Assembly (NCBI GenBank): GCA_904424815.1 | Contig: CAJGBI010000001.1 | Coordinates: forward strand, 899,083-931,082 | Length of the DNA stretch: 32,000 nt | Direction: 5' to 3' | Origin: Puniceicoccaceae bacterium Marseille-Q1082 | Lineage (GTDB): Bacteria > Verrucomicrobiota > Verrucomicrobiia > Opitutales > Intestinicryptomonadaceae | Shown: piece by piece, positions 17,229 to 24,092 of the stretch | Numbering within the stretch: the first letter of the stretch is position 1 | How the letters are laid out: each line of letters opens with the position of its first letter | Program-made: the position numbers and the translations under genes | The notes under the pieces: model-generated | Seen by the model: the letters and a program-made list of their open reading frames with translations, nothing else | Databases searched by the model: none | What the model was told of the DNA's origin: nothing

Positions 17229-18209
17229 ATGCCGTCCGTCGAAAAAACCCTGACTTTTGAGAGCGCCCAGAGACTCGCCGAGACGTACGGCAACCGCCCC
17301 GAAAACCTCGAGCTCGCGGAGGAAAAGCTGTCGGTAAAAATAGTCTCGCGCGACGGCTGGATGAAAATAGAGGGGCCCGAGAAGCGCGTGGACGCCGCCT
17401 TTGAGTTTTTCAGAATCCTCGGCTCCGCGCGGGCGCAGGGAATAAGGATAAGCCCGTTCGATTTCAGAAACATGCTCGCGCGGGCGGCCGGCGGCAAACT
17501 CTCCGAAATAGCCGAAGTCTTTGAAAATCCGGTCGTGGTAAACCTCAAGCGCAAGAGCATAGTGCCCAAAAATGTAGCCCAAAAAAAATACCTCGACCTC
17601 TTCAAGCGCTCCGAAATCGTATTCGGCATAGGCCCTGCGGGCACGGGAAAGACGTATCTGGCGACCGCGCACGCGCTGAAAATGCTGCAAGACAAAAAAG
17701 TCGAGCGCATAGTCCTCACGCGGCCCGCGGTGGAGGCGGGAGAGGCCCTCGGGTTCCTGCCCGGCGACTTGCAGGAAAAACTCCTGCCCTATCTGCGCCC
17801 GCTCTACGACGCCATATACGACATGCTCGGCGCGGAGGAGGCGCAAAAGCTTACCGAGCGCGGCATAATAGAGATTGCGCCTCTCGCCTACATGCGCGGC
17901 AGGACTCTCCAGAACGCATTCGCGATTCTCGACGAGGCCCAAAACGCCACGCCGGAACAGATGATGATGTTCCTCACGCGCCTCGGAGAGGGCTCCAAGA
18001 TGGCGGTGACCGGCGACGTCACCCAGACCGACCTCCCCCGCCGCAAGAAATCCGGGCTGCGCGAGGCCGTCAAAATCCTGAGGGATATTCCGGGCATAGC
18101 GCATTTTCGCTTCGAGGCCTCCGACGTGGTGAGGCACCCGCTCGTGACAAAGATAGTCGACGCCTACGAGGCCGACCGAAGAGAGGCAGAAGATGTTCAA
18201 CCGCATTAA
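17229..18209 (+). CDS. phoH: PhoH-like ATPase (YbeZ family)
   Basis: Walker A GPAGTGKTYLA, IVLTRPAVEAGE.LGFLPGD and ILDEAQN motifs. Confidence 0.9.
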   Translation: MPSVEKTLTFESAQRLAETYGNRPENLELAEEKLSVKIVSRDGWMKIEGPEKRVDAAFEFFRILGSARAQGIRISPFDFRNMLARAAGGKLSEIAEVFENPVVVNLKRKSIVPKNVAQKKYLDLFKRSEIVFGIGPAGTGKTYLATAHALKMLQDKKVERIVLTRPAVEAGEALGFLPGDLQEKLLPYLRPLYDAIYDMLGAEEAQKLTERGIIEIAPLAYMRGRTLQNAFAILDEAQNATPEQMMMFLTRLGEGSKMAVTGDVTQTDLPRRKKSGLREAVKILRDIPGIAHFRFEASDVVRHPLVTKIVDAYEADRREAEDVQPH

Positions 18210-20517
18210 AAAATACAGAACCGAGCGCGCGAGGAGAAAGCTCGAAGAACCCGACAGGATCTCCGGCGGACGGAAGAAATGGAAGCTTGCGGCCACCGTT
18301 GCCGCGGTGTTTGCAATGTCGTTTGCCGTGTACGCGATATGCTTCGCATACAAGGCGCCCATAGTCCCGCAGGTGTTTTCCAACAAGGTAGCCCAGGTCC
18401 ATCTCGTCTCCCCCTTTGAATTTTCCTACACGAGCGACCTCCAGACGCAGGCAAAGCGCAACCAGATAGCGGAGAGAATACCGCCGCTCTACAAGATCGA
18501 CCCCGCGTCCGTGGAACAGTCGCAAGGCGCGGTGAAGATTCTCGCGTCGATGCTCTCCGAAAACCGCGCCGAGTACGACGGCGCGCCGGAATCGGAGCGC
18601 GCCGAAATCTGCGAGGACCTGTCCGCAAGGCTCAGAAACGCCGCGCGGCTGGCCGTAAACCCCGACGACATCGAAACGTTCTTCAAAAACACCGACGACA
18701 AAAACTGCGAAAACGTTTTCAACCATGTCGCGTTCGCCCTCAAAATAATACTGCGCCAGGGGGTCTACGCCGACGGCGACAAAATTTTCTCGGGGGGAAG
18801 CGGCGGCGACATGCCGCGCGCGGACATAGAGGGGGTCTCCGCCCTTCACGACGCCAAGGCGCTAAGCGAAACCGCGGCGCGGGCGGAGCTGCTTGACAAG
18901 CTCAAAAACATGGGCGTTTCGGAAGCTATGGCGCTGGCGATATACCGCTCCGTTGTCCAGGAGGTCCGCCCCAACATCGCATTCGACGAGCAGAAGACGA
19001 AAACCCTGCGCGAAAGGGCGCGGAATACGATTCCGCCCGTAGTCGTCAAAGTCCGCGAGGGCGAAACCCTCCTCGACGCCTCGTCGACGCCCACGCCAAT
19101 AATGCAGGAAAAGCTGCGCGCGTACAAAAACGAGCTCGCCAAGCGCCGCGAGCTCGGCAAATACACAAACGCCTTCCGGTACATCGACTATATAGTTTCC
19201 TTGCTGCTCGTCTCGGCGGCGGCGCTGTTTTTCGTAATCAGCAAGACGCAAAAAAACAAGAGGCCGCGCACGGTTCTCATATTCTCCGCCCTGCTCATTT
19301 TAAACCTCGCGATGGAGAGGTTCATAATACACCTGAGCAACGCCGAGTACTTTGACACCAACACGACGTTCCTCCAGATTTTCGCCTACGGCACGCCGAT
19401 TATGCTCGGGCCCATCATACAGGTTTTGCTTTTCGGCTCTTACACGGGGTTCGTGATGGCGATTCTAATCGCGGCCCTGACCACGATGATGATAGGCGAA
19501 AGCATCGTGATATTCGTGCTGTTCCTGGCGGCGGCGCTCGTGGCAATATATTTCTGCGACGGGGCAAGCAGCCGCTCCCGCGTGATACTCGGCGGCGTCA
19601 TATACGGAATGTTTTTGGCGTTCTTCTCCTTCGTGATTAGCACCGCCAGCGGAGTGCCGATAAGCATCGCGTGGAGGCAGTCGCTGCTCGCCGTCATAGC
19701 CGGCAGCCTGACGGGCATATTCGCAACGGTGATTCTGCCGATAGTCGAAAAGATTTTCGGCAGGTACTCCAATATCGCGCTGATAGAGTACACCGACTTC
19801 AACAACCCGCTATTGCGCAGGCTGCAAATCGAGGCGCCGGGCTCATACCACCACAGCGTGATGGTCTCCTTCCTCGCCGAGCATGCGGCGGTCGCCGTTT
19901 CCGCAAACCCGATGGTCTGCCGAATCGGCGCGCTCTACCACGACATAGGCAAAATCATCAAGCCGGAATTTTTCTCCGAAAACCAGGGCGGCGGCAAAAA
20001 CCCCCACGACGACCAAAACCCTTCGATGAGCGCGCTCATCATAAAAAACCACATAAAGGAGGGCGTTGAGCTCGCGAGAATCGCAAAAATGCCCGCGCAA
20101 GTGATAGACGCCATAAAACAGCACCACGGAACCGCCATAATATCGTATTTTTACAACAAGGCGGTGAAGCTCGCCGAGGCGCAAAACGCAAACGTCTCCG
20201 ACCCCATGCAGGCGCTGCGCGACGCGGGAATCGACGAGAGCACCTACCGCCACGAGGGCGTGAAGCCGCAGACGGTCGAAAACGCCATAATAATGCTGGC
20301 AGACTCCTGCGAGGCGGCGTCGAGATCGCTCAAAAAGGTAACGCAGCACGGGATAACGGAGCTCGTAAACGCAATCGTAAAAATCAAGGTGGACGACGGC
20401 CAGCTCGACGAGTGCCCCATAACCATAAAGCAGATTTCAAAAATCAAGCAGAGCTTCGTGTTCACCATGATGAACATGCTGCACACGAGGGTCGAGTACA
20501 ACAACGCAAAGAAATAG
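18193..20517 (+). CDS. 7TM receptor with intracellular HD hydrolase domain (PgpH/YqfF-like)
   Basis: N-terminal extracytoplasmic region, seven hydrophobic helices, then HD domain HHSVMV...YHDIGK...QHHG. Overlaps phoH by 17 nt; phoH followed by a 7TM-HD gene is a common gene order. Confidence 0.85.
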   Translation: MFNRIKKYRTERARRKLEEPDRISGGRKKWKLAATVAAVFAMSFAVYAICFAYKAPIVPQVFSNKVAQVHLVSPFEFSYTSDLQTQAKRNQIAERIPPLYKIDPASVEQSQGAVKILASMLSENRAEYDGAPESERAEICEDLSARLRNAARLAVNPDDIETFFKNTDDKNCENVFNHVAFALKIILRQGVYADGDKIFSGGSGGDMPRADIEGVSALHDAKALSETAARAELLDKLKNMGVSEAMALAIYRSVVQEVRPNIAFDEQKTKTLRERARNTIPPVVVKVREGETLLDASSTPTPIMQEKLRAYKNELAKRRELGKYTNAFRYIDYIVSLLLVSAAALFFVISKTQKNKRPRTVLIFSALLILNLAMERFIIHLSNAEYFDTNTTFLQIFAYGTPIMLGPIIQVLLFGSYTGFVMAILIAALTTMMIGESIVIFVLFLAAALVAIYFCDGASSRSRVILGGVIYGMFLAFFSFVISTASGVPISIAWRQSLLAVIAGSLTGIFATVILPIVEKIFGRYSNIALIEYTDFNNPLLRRLQIEAPGSYHHSVMVSFLAEHAAVAVSANPMVCRIGALYHDIGKIIKPEFFSENQGGGKNPHDDQNPSMSALIIKNHIKEGVELARIAKMPAQVIDAIKQHHGTAIISYFYNKAVKLAEAQNANVSDPMQALRDAGIDESTYRHEGVKPQTVENAIIMLADSCEAASRSLKKVTQHGITELVNAIVKIKVDDGQLDECPITIKQISKIKQSFVFTMMNMLHTRVEYNNAKK

Positions 20518-20518
20518 C

Positions 20519-21583
20519 ATGAAATATCCCCTTAAGGAAATCGTAAAACTTTTCGACAATCCGGAAGTTTCGGGCGACGACGGCGTAGAGCTCTCGGCGA
20601 TAGCCGCCATAGACCGCGCCAAGCCCTCCGACCTGACTTTTCTGGGCAACAAAAAATACGCCCACCTCGTGCCCTCAACGGGCGCCGGAGCCATTCTCCT
20701 GCCCCGCGACTACGCCGGAGAGCTCCCAAAAAATTCAACAGTAGTGAGGGTTGACAACCCGTCGGCGGAACTCGCAAAAATCGGCGCCATAATTGAAAAG
20801 GCACTGTGGCCCGAAATCAAGCCGTCGACGCACCCGACGGCGGCAATAGACCCCTCCGCGAAAATCGGCAAAAACGTGTTCATAGGCCCCAACGTCTCGG
20901 TTTGCGAGGGCGCGGAAATCGCCGACGGGGCTGTATTGCAGGGCAACAACTATGTTGGGAGGTTCGCAAGAATCGGCGAAAAGGCGTTTCTCATGCCCAA
21001 TTCGGTGGTGATGGACTATTGCGAGGTGGGCAAAAATTCGCGCCTCCAGCCCGGCGCCGTAATCGGCTCCGACGGGTACGGGTACGAATTTGTAAACGGC
21101 GTGCATGTCAAAATTCCGCAGGTCGGCAAAGTTGTTGTGGAAGACGATGTGGAAATTGGCGCCAACACCTGCATAGACAGGGCGCGCTTCGACAAAACCA
21201 TAGTCGGCGCGGGCACGAAAGTTGACAACCTCGTCCAAATAGCGCACAACGTGGAAATCGGCAAGGGGGCTCTGCTTGTATCGCAGGTGGGAATTTCCGG
21301 AAGCACAAAGATAGGCAACTACGCCGTTCTCGGCGGACAGGTCGGTGTCGCGGGGCACCTGCACATAGGCGACGGCGCGATGATAGGCGGCCAAAGCGGA
21401 GTAAACGGAGATATTCCGCCAAAATCCTACATGCGCGGCACCCCGCCCCGCCCCTACCTGAAAGCGCACAAGATAGAAATCCTAATAGGCCACCTCTCCG
21501 AGCTCTTTGACCGCGTAAAAGACTTGGAAAAGCGTCTTGGCATATCCAAAAAAACTTTCGGCTCAACCCGCGGCAGCCATTAG
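20519..21583 (+). CDS. lpxD: UDP-3-O-acylglucosamine N-acyltransferase
   Basis: LpxD N-terminal domain (ELSAIAAIDRAKPSDLTFLGNKKY), then left-handed beta-helix hexapeptide repeats and a C-terminal helix. Confidence 0.9.
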   Translation: MKYPLKEIVKLFDNPEVSGDDGVELSAIAAIDRAKPSDLTFLGNKKYAHLVPSTGAGAILLPRDYAGELPKNSTVVRVDNPSAELAKIGAIIEKALWPEIKPSTHPTAAIDPSAKIGKNVFIGPNVSVCEGAEIADGAVLQGNNYVGRFARIGEKAFLMPNSVVMDYCEVGKNSRLQPGAVIGSDGYGYEFVNGVHVKIPQVGKVVVEDDVEIGANTCIDRARFDKTIVGAGTKVDNLVQIAHNVEIGKGALLVSQVGISGSTKIGNYAVLGGQVGVAGHLHIGDGAMIGGQSGVNGDIPPKSYMRGTPPRPYLKAHKIEILIGHLSELFDRVKDLEKRLGISKKTFGSTRGSH

Positions 21584-21642
21584 GGGGGGGCAAAGCGCGT
21601 TAGACGGCAACGCCGCTTCCACAAAAAAAGGCGCACAGAAAT

Positions 21643-21723
21643 GGGGGCGGCGGTGCCGCTCCCATTGAAGGGGGCGGCAGTACCACTTCCATAGAAGGGG
21701 GCGGCGGTGCCGCTTCCATAGAA
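21643..21723. repeat. 27-bp hairpin module in three tandem copies
   Basis: Copies at 21643-21669, 21670-21696 and 21697-21723, consensus GGGGGCGGCGGTGCCGCTTCCATAGAA. Each folds as GGGGGCGGC-NNN-GCCGCYYCC. A partial copy lies at about 21604-21621. Confidence 0.9.
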
Positions 21724-21910
21724 GGGGGCTGACGCCCCTTACGGGCGCAAGGTGCGCCAGCCATTGAAGGGCTGCGCCCTTACGAAGATTGGCTTCGCCA
21801 ATGCTTCTATCCCCTCCCCGTTCCCCACAAAAAACGAACCTCCCATAAGAGGTTCGTCAGCACTTCCGGAGTTCGTTCCGAAAACCAAAGGTGCCCGATT
21901 TGGCGCAATG
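21698..21910. repeat. Diverged copy A of the long structured repeat unit
   Basis: Aligns to the 196-bp units from GCGGC..GCCGCTTCCATAGAAGGGG through GATTTGGCGCAATG. It carries a 41-bp internal insertion (21742-21782) that duplicates the CCAT(A/T)GAAGGG...CCCTTAC hairpin and adds a GGCGCA-AGG-TGCGCC hairpin. Confidence 0.85.
21829..21856 (-). terminator. Intrinsic terminator-like hairpin in copy A
   Basis: On the minus strand, CGAACCTC-TTATGG-GAGGTTCG is followed by TTTTTT (plus-strand A-run 21829-21834). Confidence 0.5.
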
Positions 21911-21917
21911 AAAACGA
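21829..21917 (-). ncRNA. Hypothetical ~90-nt sRNA (model only)
   Basis: A minus-strand TAAAAT box (21929-21924) within the AT-rich palindrome would place a TSS near 21917. The RNA would contain a CCAAA-N9-TTTGG hairpin and end at the terminator hairpin plus U6 at 21856-21829. No homology or expression evidence. Confidence 0.2.
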
Positions 21918-21965
21918 AAGCTTATTTTATCCGAAGCGCAGCGAGGCTATAAAATAAGGCTTTCG
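21915..21965. other. AT-rich long palindrome (16 bp with a 1-nt bulge), possible bidirectional promoter or MITE-like insert
   Basis: CGAAAGCTTATTTTAT (21915-21930) pairs with ATAAAATAAGGCTTTCG (21949-21965) across an 18-nt spacer. The plus strand reads TTATCC (21927-21932)-N17-TAAAAT (21950-21955), and a mirrored TAAAAT lies on the minus strand. Confidence 0.4.
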
Positions 21966-22159
21966 GGAAGGATAAAATGCGATAGCATTTTACCCCGCAG
22001 GGGTGAGAACAGCGCGGATTGCGCGCAGCGCAACCAAGCGAGCGAATCCATTTTGGATGAAGAGCGAGGGCGGGCGGCAGGGCCGCTTCCATAGAAGGGG
22101 CTGACGTCCCTTACGAAGATTGGCTTCGCCAATGCTTCTATCCCCTTCCCGTTCCCCTC

Positions 22160-22190
22160 AAAAAAACGAACCTCCCACATGAGAGGTTCG
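22160..22190 (-). terminator. Intrinsic terminator-like hairpin in unit B
   Basis: On the minus strand, CGAACCTC-TCATGTGG-GAGGTTCG is followed by TTTTTTT (plus-strand A7 at 22160-22166). Confidence 0.55.
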
Positions 22191-22355
22191 TACACACTTC
22201 CGGAGTTCGTTCCGAAAAACCCCAGTTCCCCGATTTGGCGTAATGCTTTTGGATGAAGAGCGAGGGCGGGCGGCAGTGCCGCTTCCATAGAAGGGGCTGA
22301 CGCCCCTTACGAAGATTGGCTTCGCCAATGCTTCTATCCCCTCCCCGTTCCCCTC

Positions 22356-22386
22356 AAAAAAACGAACCTCCCACATGAGAGGTTCG
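22356..22386 (-). terminator. Intrinsic terminator-like hairpin in unit C; first canonical terminator downstream of fabD
   Basis: Same 8-bp stem and T7 tract as unit B. It lies about 170 nt downstream of the fabD stop on the minus strand. Confidence 0.55.
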
Positions 22387-22462
22387 TACACACTTCCGGA
22401 GTTCGTTCCGAAAAACCCCAGTTCCCCGATTTGGCGTAATGCTTTTGGATGAAGAGCGAGTA

Positions 22463-22524
22463 TTCGGGGAAAGCCGCCGGTGGGAGCGTACATTAGTACG
22501 TGACCAGTGGCGGCTTTCCCCGAA
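22463..22524. other. Long perfect hairpin (16-bp stem) with a nested 5-bp hairpin in its loop
   Basis: TTCGGGGAAAGCCGCC (22463-22478) pairs with GGCGGCTTTCCCCGAA (22509-22524). The 30-nt loop contains CGTAC-ATTA-GTACG (22487-22500). No U-tract on either strand. It lies 31 nt beyond the fabD stop. Confidence 0.85.
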
Positions 22525-22555
22525 ACGGAGCTATTCGCCAAAATCATTCGCCAAA

Positions 22556-23458
22556 TCAGAGGTCGGAATATTCTGAGATGGATTTTACGTTTAGGGACTT
22601 GTCAATTCTGCGCACCATTCCGGCGAGCACTCCGCCGGGACCGCATTCGTAGAACTGGTCTATGCCGAGTTTTGCGGCGTTGCGAACGCAATCCTCCCAG
22701 CGGACAGTGCTTACGACCTGCTTTACAAGGTTCTTTTTGATTTCGGACGGGTCGAATACCGCGTCTCCCGTGACGTTCGTAAAGACGGGTATGCGCGGGC
22801 TCTTGAATTCGATTCCCTCGAGATATTCGGCGAACGCCTTGCGGGCGGGCTCCATGAGGCGGCTGTGGTACGCGCCGGCGACTTTAAGCGGGACGACCAT
22901 CTTGAACGCCTTGCGCTCCTTTGCAGCCTCGACGGCGGCGGCAACCTTCGCCTCTTCGCCCGATATGACGACCTGCCCCGGACAGTTGACGTTCGACATG
23001 TCCACGTCGAATTCCCTGCAATATGCGGCGACATCTTCGGGGCTTCCTCCGATAAAGCTCGCCATGGCGCCTTTTGAGGCGTCGCAGGCCTCCTGCATCA
23101 GCCTGCCGCGCTCTGCGACGATTTTGAGGCCCGTTTCAAAGCTGAACGTACCCGCGAATGCGTGGGCGGTGAGCTCGCCGAGCGAGAGGCCGAGAGCCGT
23201 GGAAGGCTCGCCGAGAATCCCCTTTTGGCGCATGGCCTCGACGGCGGCAAATCCGTGCAAAAAGAGCGCCGGCTGGCAGACGCTCGTTTTCGTCAATTCC
23301 GACGACGGCCCCTCGAAGCAATATTTGGATAGCTTCATAGAGAGGGCGTCGTCGGCTCTGTCGAAGAGCTCTCTTACCGCCCCGCAGTTTTCGTACAGCG
23401 ACTTTGCCATTCCGACGCTTTGCGCGCCCTGACCCGAGAATAGTAATCCTGTTTTCAT
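22556..23458 (-). CDS. fabD: Malonyl-CoA:ACP transacylase
   Basis: LLFSGQGAQSVGM and the active-site region ALGLSLGELTAH. ATG at 23458 (MKTGLLF...) preferred over the 40-aa longer track ORF. Confidence 0.9.
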   Translation of the reverse strand: MKTGLLFSGQGAQSVGMAKSLYENCGAVRELFDRADDALSMKLSKYCFEGPSSELTKTSVCQPALFLHGFAAVEAMRQKGILGEPSTALGLSLGELTAHAFAGTFSFETGLKIVAERGRLMQEACDASKGAMASFIGGSPEDVAAYCREFDVDMSNVNCPGQVVISGEEAKVAAAVEAAKERKAFKMVVPLKVAGAYHSRLMEPARKAFAEYLEGIEFKSPRIPVFTNVTGDAVFDPSEIKKNLVKQVVSTVRWEDCVRNAAKLGIDQFYECGPGGVLAGMVRRIDKSLNVKSISEYSDL

Positions 23459-23474
23459 ATTGTATAGTTGTGGG

Positions 23475-24071
23475 TTAAAGTCTGGAAAGTTCGGCGGATA
23501 TCTGCGCGGAAAGCCTGCCGACGAGTTCGTTGACAGCGCTTGCGTAGCCCGCGTATCCGTCTTTTGAGGAAACTTCAAAGTTGAAATTTTTTACGACGCT
23601 CTTCGCCCCCCCGGGGAGGTCTATCTGCCACTTGCCTTGGAGGCGGACTTTTCCGCCGATTTCTCCCAGACATTCGTAGACGAATATTTTTAGCGAACAA
23701 GCCTTTTCGGGATTGGGGGAAACCGCCGGATACACGAAAACCGACGCCGCTGCGGAGGACTCTATGTTGACCGCCACCGCGCGCTCGATCCCGCTGTCCG
23801 GAAGCTCCGCCCACCTGTCGAATTCGGATATTTCGAGCGCGCCTCCGGAGCCCGCCGAGACGATCTGCGCGCGCGACATATACTGAGGCAGCTGTATCGG
23901 GAGCAAATTGGCGTCTAACTTCCCCGCTGCGGCCTTTTGCATCGGAACGGGAGATATGATATGGAACACCGTCGGATCCGTCGAAGGCGCGAGGAGGTCG
24001 GAGATGCATCCCGAGAGCGAGGCGGCGAACGCGAGCGCGGAGGCCGCAAGAGCTGTTCTTAAAAGTTTCAT
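23475..24071 (-). CDS. ABC-transport auxiliary lipoprotein (PqiC/YmbA, DUF330-like)
   Basis: Lipobox LSGC after a signal peptide. A ~200-aa protein immediately downstream of an MCE-domain gene. Confidence 0.75.
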   Translation of the reverse strand: MKLLRTALAASALAFAASLSGCISDLLAPSTDPTVFHIISPVPMQKAAAGKLDANLLPIQLPQYMSRAQIVSAGSGGALEISEFDRWAELPDSGIERAVAVNIESSAAASVFVYPAVSPNPEKACSLKIFVYECLGEIGGKVRLQGKWQIDLPGGAKSVVKNFNFEVSSKDGYAGYASAVNELVGRLSAQISAELSRL

Positions 24072-24092
24072 GGCGTGTTTTCCCTAATTGTT

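Larger units (their letters stand above)
22051..22460. repeat. 196-bp structured tandem repeat, 2 full units plus an 18-bp third start
   Basis: Unit B 22051-22246 and unit C 22247-22442 differ at 3 of 196 positions (22081, 22107, 22147). TTTTGGATGAAGAGCGAG recurs at 22443-22460. The period of 196 is not a multiple of 3. Confidence 0.95.

Noticed and set aside
16737-18386. A 549-aa minus-strand ORF antisense to the HIT and phoH genes. Similar long antisense or off-frame ORFs lie at 1286-2317 (+), 4227-5375 (-), 8709-10076 (+), 10076-11161 (+), 24769-26139 (+) and 26143-27135 (+).
   Set aside because: All lie opposite or out of frame to CDS with strong family motifs. They have biased R/G/A/P or low-complexity composition and lack recognisable domains, as expected for shadow ORFs in GC-rich DNA.
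21583-21590. G8 homopolymer at the lpxD stop codon (TAGGGGGGGG) as a phase-variation tract. Likewise the A8 run inside the PPC-protein CDS (plus-strand T8 at 7623-7630).
   Set aside because: The G-run starts with the last base of the stop codon, so slippage cannot change lpxD. Single 8-nt runs without evidence of variation are not sufficient to call phase variation.
21909-22060. Replication origin (oriC), suggested by the AT-rich stretch plus DnaA-box-like TTATCC (21927; minus strand near 21971-21976) and TTTGGATGA (22052, 22248, 22444).
   Set aside because: Each candidate matches the 9-mer TTATCCACA/TGTGGATAA at only 6-7 of 9 positions. There is no dnaA/dnaN context and no extended DUE with 13-mer repeats. 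The boxes that recur do so only because they are part of the tandem unit.
22183-22215. tRNA-like T-arm sequences (GAGGTTCG, GGAGTTCGTTCC) in the repeat units.
   Set aside because: No acceptor stem, D-arm or anticodon stem can be drawn around them, and the GGTTCG lies in the 3' arm of the H3 hairpin. I found no cloverleaf anywhere in the window.
21643-22460. CRISPR array interpretation of the repeats.
   Set aside because: The 27-bp copies are directly abutting with no spacers. The 196-bp units are whole-unit tandem duplications with no unique spacers, and no cas genes are in the window.
21947-22547. Minus-strand ORFs of 113 aa and 129 aa (and a 66-aa plus-strand ORF at 21752-21952) running through the repeat locus.
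   Set aside because: They exist only because the repeats lack stops in one frame. The 196-nt period shifts the frame between units. No RBS or plausible start context is present, and the sequence is dominated by hairpin arms.
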